Positions 21,162 through 32,943 of a DNA stretch of 62,000 nt are shown in pieces (position 1 is the stretch's first letter; each line of letters opens with the position of its first letter). The position numbers were made by a program, and so were the translations under genes. The stretch is taken from contig MU061538.1 of the NCBI GenBank assembly GCA_013265495.1, forward strand, positions 2,003,339 through 2,065,338, given 5' to 3'. The notes beneath the pieces were generated by a model. It was not told the DNA's origin. It worked only from the letters and a program-made list of their open reading frames with translations, and did no database searches. This DNA is from Vicugna vicugna (taxonomy: Eukaryota).

Positions 21162-22954
21162 AGTGTGCAGGGGCCCAGCGGGATGCTCTGAGATCTGCAC
21201 GTCTTACCACTCATTGGAGTGACAGGTTTGTATTCTGAGCCAGCCGCTCCCCCCTTATCTCTGGATGTTAGGCTGAGGTTTCTCACAACGCAAGAATCGC
21301 CCAGGAGGTGGCTGCTGGGCAGATCTTGTTCTCACCAAGACGTCTGTGTCAGAGGCCCCACTTGCTGGGAGTCTGCACTTTCAACAGTCCCGTTGGGCGT
21401 TTCACGCACACTAGGGTTTGGTAATCTCTCCAGACAAGATGAGCTGTGGACCAGCCAGCTAGGAACCAGCAGAGCCGTGGCCTCCCCTCCCTCTGCGTTG
21501 GCTCCCACAGACATCAGTGGGCACCCTGTTCCCCTGGCCCTGCTCCCTGGGTGTGCTCCCCTCCCGGACTAGACTAGGGGCTCCAGGAGAGGAAGGGTCT
21601 TTCCCACATGGCTGCTGCATGGCCCCCGTGGGTACTTGATGGAGGAGCACTGACCCCTGGCTGCCCCCTGCAATTGTGGCTGGCCAGGGGCACCCACGAT
21701 GTCCCCACTGACCTGAAGGGATTTAGGGTCAAAAGCGGACGATGATTTGTATTCAGAGCTTCCTCAAGGTTGGCGTGCAAAGTAGAGATCGCTCAGTTTT
21801 TCAAGCCACACTCATGGATATTAAACGTTCTGCACATGAGCTCCTTGAATTTGTGGCTCCTTGGGTGCGGAGCTGGGCGCAGGAAGGGGGTGCTGGCCCC
21901 GGCCGTCGGTAGGAGCCTCGGCAGCCCTGGGCGAGTCCCCACGCCTCTGGCTGCTTCCGGAACAGAGTTCTGGGGCGAGTCCCTCCCGACGTTATGATTC
22001 CACCTGGGACCCTCCCGTCCACAGGCGGCCTGGCGGAGGGGGTGTTTTCTAGGCTAATTGAGTCTTGCCCCCAATTCTACCCTCTCCGTGAAAAACCCTC
22101 TTGATTATTCACGTGTGAGAACACGGCTTTAAATAGCACCTCAATTTGCTTCCTCACCCATCGAGCCGGTCTCTGTGGAAAGCCGGTGCCCAGGGGGACC
22201 CTCGCTAGTCTACATCCGAGAGGAGTCTGGCAGGAGAGAGCCGTCTCCCCCACCAGGGAGGGGACCTGCTTCCATCTCATTTCCACGTGGTGGGGCTTCT
22301 CATGCGATGACAATTAAAAAGACGGAGAAACCATTTGCATTTTTCCTGGGTGTTAATGACCTTCCAAACCAGTGCTCAATTGTCTAGTTTCAAACAGCAG
22401 AGCTCGCGCTGCATGAATAATTCAACTGCCACCGAATTCTCACGTGCACGGGGCCAGCACCTCGTCTCTGACCTGGTTCCTGAAGTGGAATCCATTCACG
22501 TGATCCTCACATAGCCTTGGCTTCCGTTTTGAAGGTACATGCCATGTCACCCGGAGACAGCGCATCCTGAGTAAACTTAGTGCCGAGGTCTGGGGACTGA
22601 AATTGTGGAAGCAGAGACCTAATTTTACATCACCTGAAGCCTTAAACGTAATTAACTTTCTGTCTTGGGCACAGAAGCACCTACTGGCTCGCTGTGATCT
22701 GGCTCAAGCAGGCTTTGCAGGAACTCAGACAAAAGGAGGTGGGGGAAGACCTCCAGTTCGGGGCGACCTCAGGGCAGTCAAAGGCACTGGGGCCAGGGCT
22801 GCGGTCCGGCTAGGGGTGAGTAGAGTAACACGAGGGTGAGGGCCACGCTCCCACCTGAGCGTGTCTCATCCCCAGGAGTCTTCGATGACAGACGGAGGGG
22901 CATCTCACTGAGCATAAGGCTGGAATGCATCTGTTCCAAAAAGCGGAATTCTCT

Positions 22955-23050
22955 GCTACAGAACCTGGAAAACGCAGGGGCCTGGCCTCATCCTGAAGCG
23001 ATCAAAGCTGAATTTCTGGGCTGGGCCTTGGGTTTCCTTACTGTGAATGT
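22955..23050. mobile_element. MER5-like fragment
   Basis: aaaacgcaggggcctggcctcatcctgaagcgatcaaagctgaatttctgggctgggcc; weak match. Confidence 0.4.
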
Positions 23051-23072
23051 GCTGTTCGGTCTTCTTAATCAA

Positions 23073-23320
23073 TGTCAGTATCTCGTGGTGCCACAAAGAA
23101 GGACCACAAACCTGGTGGCTTAGAACAACAGACATGTGCTGTCTCACTGTCCTGGAGGCCAGGGGCCTGAGAGCAAGGAGCTTCCTCTGAAAGCTGCTCG
23201 GGAGGACCCTCCCCCGCCGCCTCCAGCTCTGGGGGGTGCAGGGTCCCTGGGTTCCTTGGCTCGTGGACGCATCTCTCCAGTTTCTGCCTCTCTGGTGACG
23301 TGATCTTCCCCTTGGGTGCT
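23073..23320 (-). mobile_element. MLT1C-like LTR fragment
   Basis: accacaaacctggtggcttagaacaacagacatgtgctgtctcactgtcctggaggccag...ttccttggctcgtggacgcatctctccagtttctgcctc. Confidence 0.75.
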
Positions 23321-24116
23321 GGTGCCTCAGGACACACAGCTCGGGGCGTCATGCTAAACCATGATGCTCAAAGGAACTGGGGTGCAGTTACTTGTCCCCC
23401 TGGAGCCCTCGACTTCCATCTGTGAAATTGGGATGACGACAGCTCAGGTTGCTTCCACCCTTACATTCGAAGAAGTTTCTCTGTGAATCTTCAAATCACG
23501 AGTCTACGAATGTTCCCCACACTCTACCCAGGGTCTCTGTGTGGACAACCCAGACCAGACAATGGAACCCTCATGACAGATTCTGCTTGTAAATAGGCAA
23601 AAGCAAGTGTGGTCAGACAATGCATGCAAGTACTCCTGGTAGGGACCACCTTGAGCTAAGTTTTGTTAGCATCTCACGTCCTGCAGCCAGTCACAGTAAC
23701 GGTCACAGTGGCTGTTCCAGTGACATTCATGGAGCACCTACTTGTGTTGGACAACAATGAATGGATCCTACGTAACGCGTGTAAGCCTCATGACCACTCC
23801 TCTGTTGTTCTCAGTGTGTAGACGAGGAAACTGTAAACTACCTGGCAGCGGCTCCACGGGCAGGAGCAGAAGTCAGACTGGGTCCTTCTGACTTCAGAGC
23901 TGTGGGCCCCGTCCCTGTCTCTGTTTGGCCTCAGAACCACTTGAAGCCTGAACACGGAACACATTTCCCTGAGCCAGAGACAGAACCGCATCCTGCCCGT
24001 TCCACATCTGACACCCACCTTGTGTCCTGCCAGAAGGGACTTGAGATCCCAGGGGCACATGGCAGGCGGGAGGATTGGGGGTCTGGCTGACGGACGGCGG
24101 CACAGGGGCCTGTTCA

Positions 24117-24392
24117 CAGCAGAGGCGTACCTCTCATGGTTCTGGAGGCTGACGTCTGCGATCGGGGTGCAATGGGCTGGGCTCTGGTGAGGGCCATCCT
24201 CTGGGCTTCAGTGGCTATCTTCTCGCCATGTCCTCACGTGGTGGGAGGGTGAGGGGTTCTCTGGGGTCCCTTCTAGGAAGGCATGCCTTCCATTCATGTG
24301 GGCTCCACGCTCATGGTCTAGTCACCTCCCAAGGCCCCGCTGCCTAATGCCATTGCCTTGGAGGGTCAGGTTCCAAAACAGGACTATTCAGC
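24117..24392 (-). mobile_element. MLT1A-like LTR fragment
   Basis: tctcatggttctggaggctg...ggctccacgctcatggtctagtcacctcccaaggccccgc. Confidence 0.75.
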
Positions 24393-25481
24393 CGAGGGGG
24401 AGGCAGGGTGTCACATTTCAGACCAGAGCAGATGGAATGGGGGTGGGGGCAGGGAAGACTTCGGCCCAGGGGAGTGGGCTGGCAGGGTCCTGGGCAGAAG
24501 CAGGAGGAGGACCACGGGCAGAGGCCGAGCAGCATGGCGCCCGGGCTGAGGACCTGGCCTAGAGCCAGGAGGCGGAACTCCCCTCAGAGACGTGAGCCCA
24601 ACCTGGCACCTCTCCAAGGCCTGAACCCCGCCCCCCGGTTTCCTTGTTGAGATGTCCTCAGACAGTGGGTCTGTGGCGCACACCAGAGAAGGCTCTGGGC
24701 AAGCACAGGTGTTGCTGGCCGTAGTAAGGGTGGGTGGCAGCCAGGGATCCCCGTGGTTGAGGCTGTGGGGGATGCAGAGGACGGCGGAGGTGGCATCTCT
24801 CTCCAACTATGAGGCCCTGTGCTGCTGATGGGGACTCGGGGTCCCTAGGGGACGTTTAGTTGGGGATCCTGGAATTGGGGTGACATGGCTCTCACTTGAA
24901 GCAGATCCGGGGCCGTGGGCCGGGGCATAGCCTGTACCGCCTCCACCACAGAAGCGCCAGCTTTGTGCATCTTCTCTGTGATGAGGGGCTCTCTCCATCC
25001 TGAAGATTTCCCTTCTAAACCCTTCCTTGGCCCATTTTCCTGCAGCTAATTCTCCCAAACCTCTCCTGTCTCTCCTGCTGGCTTCTCTGCACTCCCATCT
25101 GCCCAGGAGCCCGGGAGCTCCGTGCTGATGAATCTATCAGCTCTAACACCCGGGATTTCGGCCACTTCTCAGATAAGGGGCAAATCTCATCTGAGCCACA
25201 GAGTCCTCAGCTCTGAGCCCGGTGAGTTGAAGGGTAAGCCCTGGATATTTACTAAACTGGAGGCCTTAAGGGAAGAAGGTATCTTAAAAAAATGCAGTAA
25301 CCTTCCTTGAGAAACATTCCCTGGGCCGGTTTGCTGAGTTCCGAGGGACCCGCTACGGCGGTGGAGGCGGTAAGGCCATCTAGGCTCCCCGCCTCCCTGC
25401 CGGCTGGGTCGAGAGCCCCGGGCTCTTGGAAAAGCACTCATGTCGAGTTGCTTTGCTTGTTTGGGTCTTGAGGTTTTTGGA

Positions 25482-25655
25482 GTGTGTACGTGGGTGTATG
25501 TGTGTATGCACGTGTGCAGTACTCACAGGCGTGTGTGTGTGAGCTCTCACAGGTGTGTGTGTGCACGTGTGTGAGCACTCACAGGCGTGTGTGTGTGTGT
25601 GCACGTGTGAGTACTCACAGGCGTGGGTGTGTGTTGTGTGTGTGTTGAACACGCA
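25482..25655 (+). repeat. (TG)-rich compound micro/minisatellite
   Basis: About four units of gtgcacgtgtgag(c/t)actcacaggcgtgtgtgt. Confidence 0.85.
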
Positions 25656-26850
25656 CACAGGGGCACGGAAGCCAGGCCGCCCTCGTGGCCCCTCTCTCTG
25701 GGCGGAGATTGGCTCCTGCGATCTATCAGCCCGAATGGGACTGGGAGATGCAGCTTCACAGGACCGTGTGGGAACACACTGGCTGCCCCGCTCTACCTGC
25801 ACGTGGAGCCCGAGGCCTGCCTTCGCCCGAGGAGGGGATGGGCTGGTGGGCAGTGTCTGAGAAGGGACCTCATTTCCAGGAGCCGGAGCACTGCCAGGCC
25901 CCAGAGTCGGCCTTGGATGCTGGTGCCAGGGCACCCACTTCAGGTGACCCGAGGGCCTTGGAGATGACCCTCTTCATGCCTCCTTGACCAGCCTCCCCAG
26001 CCAGGCACAAAGCATCCCAGATGATCCCATGGGCGACCCGGCGCTTTGGAAGATCAGCGCTTCCTTCTCCTCTGTAGGAGAGACGTAAACAAGCCTCTTC
26101 CAGTTCAGAGGAGGAAAAATCCAAACCACAGCAAATCGAAGGGCTTGTCCCGTTCTGCGAGGCTCTCTGGCAGAGTCTGGAGAATAAAGCCTTAAGCCAT
26201 TAGTTAGTAGTTTTTAACAGAGACCGTGTTCAACCTAAAATTCGGAGCAGTGTGGCAAGCCCAGTGCAGACTAGCAGTGTGCTGAATGCCTTCTAGGGCA
26301 GGCGGGATGAGGCCGGCATTCAGGCCTCAAACAGCCCCTCCCAGCGGTGCCCCTTGGGGGCTCCAGGTGACTCTCCAGGGGTCCAGGTTCAGAGGGGATG
26401 GTGTCAGCCCCAAGACTTACTGGCTGGAGGAGGAAAGAGCTAAGTACAGAGAATTCACAAAACAGTCCAGTCCCTGCAGGAAAAATGTTCTAGTTCGTGG
26501 GGCTTTCAAAGGTGCTCAGGGCCCGGTCAGGCCTCCGGGCTGTGCCAGGAAAGAGAGGTCCTATCCAGACCCCCTCTACCGCCTCCGGCTCTCACTCCTC
26601 CTCCATGGCCGGCCTTACTGCATGCCTCCCACAGTGGCTGCTTATGGTACAAGAGCCCCCTCACGTGCACCTCTAACAAGCCGCACAGCCCCAGACCCCC
26701 ACTGCAGGGCGGCCAGGCTGGGTCTCAGCTCTGCCCCTCCCTCCCACCCTCTTCCCCAGGCTGGACCCCTAATGAGTATCCTACACTGCAAACTCCATCT
26801 CAGCATTGGCACCAAGAGCTGGGACTCTGGCCATAAGAAGAGGTCAGATT

Positions 26851-27384
26851 AGCAGTGCTATTTACAACAGCCAAGGCATGGAAGCAACCTAAGTGTCCAT
26901 CAACAGATGCCTGGATAAGGAAGAAGCGCTACATATACACAATGGAACATTACTCAGCCATAAACAAGAATGAAATGAGCCACTTGCAGCAACACCTAGA
27001 TGGACCTAGAGATCATATTAAGTGAAGAAAGGCAGAGAAAGATAAATACCATATGATGTCACTTGAATCCAAAAAAATAACACAAATGAATTTATTTACG
27101 AACAGAAACTGACTCACAGACAGAAAACCAACTTACGGTTACTAGGGGGAAAGAGGGTGGGGAGGGATAAATTGGGAGCTCAGGATTTGTAGATACTAAC
27201 TACTAGATAGAAAACAGATGAACAGCAAGGTCCTACTGTACAGCACAGGGAACTACAGCCAATATCTTGTAATGGACTATAATGAAAAAGAATATGAAAA
27301 GGAATAATATGTATGTAGAACTGAATCACTATGCTGTACACCAGAAAGTAACACAGCATTGTAAACTGATTATATTTCAAAAAA
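26851..27384 (+). mobile_element. 5'-truncated LINE-1 (ORF2 C-terminus + 3' UTR + A-tail) with 13-bp TSD
   Basis: Start translates AVLFTTAKAWKQPKCPSTDAWIRKKRYIYTMEHYSAINKNE (L1 ORF2 C-terminus). Cetartiodactyl-type tail (aacagcaaggtcctactgtacagcacagggaac; ctgaatcactatgctgtacaccagaa). TSD aagaggtcagatt at 26838-26850 and 27385-27397. Confidence 0.92.
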
Positions 27385-27597
27385 AAGAGGTCAGATTGAT
27401 AAGGGCAAATACATGGGGGGGGTGAGTGTGGGGCTCTGGAGGGAGTGACCCAGGGGGAAGCTGGGCGGAGGCAGGCCTGAGGCGGGGCTGCAGGGCCCCC
27501 GGGGCAAGATCTGGGACACCAGACCGATGTCACGGTCATGCCTGAAGAGGACCTACTGGGACTCCTGGCTGAGGACATGGGAGGTGATGTGGGGTCT

Positions 27598-28002
27598 CTG
27601 GGCTGCAGAAAAGGGACCCCCAGAACAGGTGGCAAAGGGGACTTTGCAGATGTGATTAAGGACATTGCATGGGAGGGGGCCCTGGATGGTCCAGGTGGCC
27701 CAGCTAAGAAGTGCAGAGCCTTTCCCAGCTACAGTCGGGGGGAGATGTGACCTTTAAGGTCTGAGGGGTGCAACACTGCTGAATTTGAAGACAGAGGAAG
27801 GGCCACGGGCCAAGGGACGTGCGACCCCCAAAACTGGAGAAGGCAGGACACAGCTTCTCCCCAGAGCCTCCAGGAGGAACCAGCCCAGCCCAGTGAGACC
27901 CATGCTGAGCTTGGCCTGCAGAACTCTAAGATGATAAATTAGTGTTGTTTCAAGCCACTGAGTTTGTGGTAATTTGTTACACCAGGAACAGGAACTGATA
28001 CA
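27598..28002 (+). mobile_element. MLT1D-like solo LTR
   Basis: ggcaaaggggactttgcagatgtgattaag...ccagagcctccaggaggaac...aagccactgagtttgtggtaatttgttac...gataca. Confidence 0.85.
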
Positions 28003-28739
28003 ACACGGAACAGAGTGTAAAGCCCGGAACTGCTTCCTGTGTGCCTTCCCCCAGGGGCCAAGGTCTGGAGAAGCTGGGGCTGCACTGCTCGTGGTAATTA
28101 CAAAGGGAGGAAGGGCATCAGGAGAGAAATTTCATCTCTCCCGAGGCGATGTAACCGAAGACATTTACTAGCCTTTCTCCGGAACAGGGGCACAGGTGGG
28201 TGGGTTACCCATTCGAGTCGCTCCAGCCCTTAGTTCCGGGCGTGGGCCAAGGAGAGATGCTATCTGAGCAATTTCCTCTGTGTGTGCCCCTCTGGCGACG
28301 TCTTGGGCAGGTGATGGGGGCAGGGGAGGCGCCAGCAATCCTCTCTGGGCCTTTAGAATCGGAACCACCACCCCAAATTCACGGGGCAGCAAGGAGGCCC
28401 CAGTGCGGCCACGCGCAACCGCTGGGGTCCCTGGGGAGTTCCGCAGGGCGGGTGGAGTGGCGTTTGGACGTCGGAGCCCAGTTCATCCCCAAGGGCGCCT
28501 GTGTGTAGTCAAGGCTAATGGTTTGCAGGTGAGGGGATCTCAAACTGCAGCCAAGTCAGACACGCCTCATCCAGGCCTGGGGTTTAGAGCGATCTGAGTC
28601 CTGGAGACCAGCGGAGCGGAGCAAATCTCCAGTCTAGTTTCTTCGAAAGACCAGCTCCCAGGAGCGCCAGGCTTATGGGATTTGACTGGGAGACAGGAAG
28701 TCCTCGTTAGAGGAGGCTGGTCCCGGGACAAGGGCTCAC

Positions 28740-28840
28740 CCACATGTGCATGTGCACACACACACTCTCACACACATTCTCACACACACACGCACATGCA
28801 TGCACACACACACTCACATACACAGACACTCTCACGCACG
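28740..28840 (+). repeat. (CA)-rich imperfect microsatellite
   Basis: cacacacacactctcacacacattctcacacacacacgcacatgca... Confidence 0.85.
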
Positions 28841-29683
28841 CTCCCACCCACCCAGAAACCGTCTCATACCACGAGCTGCCGGGGCCCTCACTCAGGAGCT
28901 GTGACCCAGAGGCTGAGAACTGCAGAGTCAGCCTGTGTTTCTTCCTTGATCTTTTCAAATCGAGCACCTGCACTGCTGGGACTCTGACTCCCGCCCAGCC
29001 CCATGCCCTGGGTCAGGCGTGGGCCCAATGTCGGGCAGAGTCTGGGGCGAGGCTTGCGGGGAGGAAGGATGGACAGGACGCAATTACCCGTGCAAACCCG
29101 GTGCACAGCTGCAGGGACCGTGCACGTGGGCCGTCCAGCCCTACGGGCCAGGCGTGGTCCCCCCAGCCGCACACAGGCCCCTCCGCCTTTGCGGTCATCC
29201 AATGCACTCGTGCCCTGACTTGTGTGCAGAACACTTGGGGCTGGGTCGCCCTCAGACGCAGAGGGTAGCAGTCTTCCAGGGGTTTGGTGCAGGGAAACGG
29301 GGAAGGCCTCCCCCCACCCCAAATATTTCATATTGTGGTGCCACGCTGCTAGAGGCTCAGCCCTTTGGGGTGGGCGCTGCTTTACTCCCAGGGGCTTTGG
29401 CGGACTGAGAGTATCCGCGCTAAGGGCTTAGCGGCTCCGGGATCCCGAGGAGAGCTGGGTCTGGGGCGGGGGGTGGGGGGAGCCAAAAGCCAACCACTCC
29501 AGTTCCAGACTGACCCCCTCCACCCTCAGCTCCCTCCGGGTGCCGACCCTGAGCTGTCACTGAGCTGGGCGGGGTCTCTTCTCAAAAGCGGTACAGGGAC
29601 ATTGGGTAATATGTTACTATGTAGGTATTTACAGTTAGAAACATTTAAAAACAATGAAAAATTATTCCTGTAGCAAAGAATAC

Positions 29684-29905
29684 TTAGAGTGATAGCTTCT
29701 GGATCCAGACTGCTTGGATTTTAATCTACCTCTACCACTTATCAGCTGTGTGACCTTGAGTGAGTGCCTTCACTTCTCTGTGCCTCACTTTCCTCATCTT
29801 TCCAACGGGGATGATAATGGTACCTGCCTCCTAGGGTTATTTTGATGATTCAGTAAAAGGAGCTGATACTTGTAAGTCACTTCTCACAGTGCCTGGCACT
29901 GGCAG
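29684..29905 (+). mobile_element. MIR SINE
   Basis: MIR core ctctaccacttatcagctgtgtgaccttgagtgagtgccttcacttctctgtgcctcactttcctcatct...cacagtgcctggcac. Confidence 0.88.
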
Positions 29906-29928
29906 ATGCTACTGCATATTCGGGGGGG

Positions 29929-30010
29929 TTTTAATGGAGGGACTGGAGGTTGAACCCAGGACCTTGTGCTTGCTGAGCACACACTCAGCCACTGAGCTGT
30001 ACCCTCCCCC
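29929..30010 (-). mobile_element. Short tRNA-Ala-derived SINE (camelid Vic-1-like)
   Basis: Reverse complement GGGGGAGGGTACAGCTCAGTGGCTGAGTGTGTGCTCAGCAAGCACAAGGTCCTGGGTTCAACCTCCAGTCCCTCCATTAAAA; homologous to the copy at 40634. Confidence 0.82.
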
Positions 30011-31337
30011 CACTTGTTAAACAAGGGAAAATAAATGCCAGTACCCTAACACACCCAAGTCGGTGCGCCCCCCTCTGATCTTTATTTCCTGGTCACGCAA
30101 TTGAGAGGGGGCGGGAACCCCAGCCCGCAGCTCCTGCAGAGGGTGTGGGGACACTGCTGGTGGCCTGATGACTCGTGAATAAATCTTAGGAACGGAGGGC
30201 AGACAGACAGGGACACGTCGGGGGTACGCGCCCTGACAGCAACTGTGAGTGAAGATGCACAAGGGACCCCACAGGACGCAGGCTGTTGGGGTGCGAAGGG
30301 AGGCACGCTCACAGACACCCCCCACACACACCCGAGCCAGCTCTCCCTGACTTCAGTCCTAGTTTGCACCGATGGGCATCACCCACCCCAGCCCCCGGCC
30401 CACCGTCCCCAGATCCCAGGGTGGGCAGGGAGGAAGCCACACTCCTGGTCCTGGCCCCTCCCCGCGTGGGTTCTGGCTATTTTCTCAACCGCCCAGTGGA
30501 GGAGTAACAGCCGCCCTCTCGGGACTGTTGCAGGGAAGCCCCACAGGCGTGTGCGGCCCTGGCGGGGAGGCTGGCGCAGCATCTCAGAGCCGCTGCTGGG
30601 CGCCGGGGGAGGGACGACGCAGAGGTGACGCCCCCACCCCTTCTGCCACCCCAGAGATCCTGCAGTGCCCAGAGAACTCGGTGAGACGTCAGGTCCCCCC
30701 ACTGCCCCCTCCCTGCTTCCTACGCCTCGGCCGTCCTCTCCTCTGGGCCCTGCACCAGGGATCTCGGCAACTGTATGAAGTTATGTGCTGGCGGAGCTGA
30801 CAGCAGCCTCCGGGCTCAACTTTTGATCCGCCTGTATGCTGACATCTTCAAAACAGAATGGGCCTCCGATCTCCTGTTCCCTTAGTTGGTGGTGGCAGCT
30901 CTCCTGCAGGGCTGTGGCAGGGCTGTAAATGCCAGGATGTAGGCACACGAAGAACAGGATGGGCGTGTGTGTCACGTTGGGGCGCTGCCCTGGCCAGGAG
31001 GTTCCGGGTGGGGCCTCCGAAGGGGGAGGCAGGGCCCTTCCCCTCAGCTTTCAGCTGCTCCTTCCCTGTGTGTCCCCTTCCTCCAGGCCCCACCTTCCCT
31101 TTCCTGGGTGCCAGCGGCTCAGCCTCAGGACGCGGGTGCCTGTCCAGGCGTAAGTGAGTCAGGGACTCCTTAGGGCCCCGTGTGTCTGGAGAAGCCACGC
31201 CCTTCGATCTCAGGCGAGCACGGTGGCTGTGTCGGCATTCAGGGGTTTCTCCTGTGTCCTTGTCAGTACAAAGGCGGACAGGGTCAGCCGTCCAGTCTGC
31301 TCATCCTCCGAACCAAGAGGGAAGACGCACAGGGACA

Positions 31338-31624
31338 GAAGTCAAGATCAAGGTGTCAGCAGGCTGGGTTCCTCTGAGCCCCTCTCCTCGGCGTGTGGAC
31401 AGCCGTCCTCTCCCCACGTCCTCGGTTGTTCCTCTGTGTCCTCTGTGTCTGGACCTCTTCCTCTCCTAAGGACACTGGTCACGCTGGATCAGGGCCCTCC
31501 CACACGACCTCACTTTGCCTTCGTCACTTCCTTAAAAGCCGCACCTCCAAATATACTCCCATCCCGAGGTCCTGGGAGTTAGGGTTCAACTAGGAATTTG
31601 AGGGGCACGATTCAACCCATAATA
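31338..31624 (-). mobile_element. MLT1B-like LTR
   Basis: aagatcaaggtgtcagcaggctgggttcctctgag...taaggacactggtcacgctggatcagggccc...gaatttgaggggcacgattcaacccataa. Confidence 0.8.
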
Positions 31625-32440
31625 TACCCTTCTTACATTCTTTGTCCAACCTGTAAAGCCTGTTAGGTCGCGGCGGTGACGACCGGCAGGGGCAGACACA
31701 GAGGGGACTCGGGCAGCTTTTCCCTTTAAGGGGCTTGGTCTGCTCGGCAGTAACACCCACAGGAAGCCAGGAAAGGCAGGAGCACGCTGTCTGCGCTGCG
31801 TGGAAGGGAAGGCGGTGATGAACTGGATTTGGCGGCTGTGGGAGCAGGAGGTCTCCTCCCAAGAAGCGCACTTTGCTCTGCACCTTGAGGGGATCAAGTG
31901 TGTGCAGGTGGGGGGCAGGGGGGAGAAACCGGGGCTGAAAGGGGATTGCTGGTGTCAAAGTGCCAGGTTGGGAAGTCTCCGGGGGCCCAGGGAGTCGTGG
32001 GCAAGGAGAGCCGGGGAGGGGCCGGCGGGGTTTGTCCAAGGTGGGCTGGAGGGCTCCGGGTGGCAGCTCAGAACTGTACTCTTTAGGCCCTGGGAACACA
32101 GGCAGAGAAACTCGGCACTCAACCGCTCGCCGTGCTGGCACCCCAGCAGCAGGTCTGGGTTAGAGAACGTGACCAGTGGTCAACCGTCCTCCAAGGACGC
32201 TGGTGGGCACGGGACGCAGGCTGGTGTCCCCCCGATGGATGGGTCCCAGTGGCAGTGCTTGAGACGAGTGCCCCTCCCAGGGGCAGAAGCGGCCAGGGGT
32301 CAGGGGGGATGACCATAAACATCATTATTAGTTTTTAAAATGGTTTGTCTTTGAGGAAGAAAAGAAGGGAGCAAAGGCATTTGGCCTGGATTCTGCAGGC
32401 AGTGGAGACGGGCTGAAGGCCTTTAAGCCGGAGGTTGCAC

Positions 32441-32943
32441 GGTTGCTGGAGAACAGGTTCTTGTCTGCCCGGAAGGAGCTGAAGAGCGAGGCACAGTCAA
32501 GTGAAAGTTTGTTTACTCGGGGGCCACACGCCCCTGAGGCAGAGCACTGGCCGCCTCAGAAGGCAAGAGGCACGCCGGCGCGCGGGGTCGCCTCGGAGGG
32601 GGCGACCAGCCCTGACGCGTGGGGGTGGCTCGTTTTTATGGGCTGAGTAACTCCGTATGTTAGTAAGTGGGGGGTTATTCCAACTGTCTGGGGGAAGGGA
32701 CAGGGATTTCCAGGAATTAGACCCCCTCCCTCTTTCTGCGTTTGGTGAGCCTGGGAGCTGTCATGGTGCCTGCGGGTGTGTCACTTAGCAGCTAATGTGT
32801 TACCACGAGCCTGGCATGAGGCTCAAGGTCCGCTGGAGGCCAGTCCTCCGCCATGTTGGGCTGAGTTGGTTCTAACCAGTTTTATCCTCAATGGCTCTGT
32901 CATTCTTTAATGGTTGTGTCCTGCCCCCTTCCCTCCTGTCTCA
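32441..32943 (-). mobile_element. ERV1 solo LTR, MER41-like
   Basis: Order of blocks (caggttcttg...gaagagcgag...gaaagtttgttta...cgtttttatgg...ggggttattc...ctgtcatggtgcctgcgggtgtg...ccgccatgttgg...ccctcctgtctca) follows the recalled MER41-family reverse strand; about 500 bp, ends in CA. Confidence 0.7.

Noticed and set aside
27180..27665. 161-aa minus-strand ORF
   Set aside because: The C-terminal half is the antisense reading of the L1 3' UTR.
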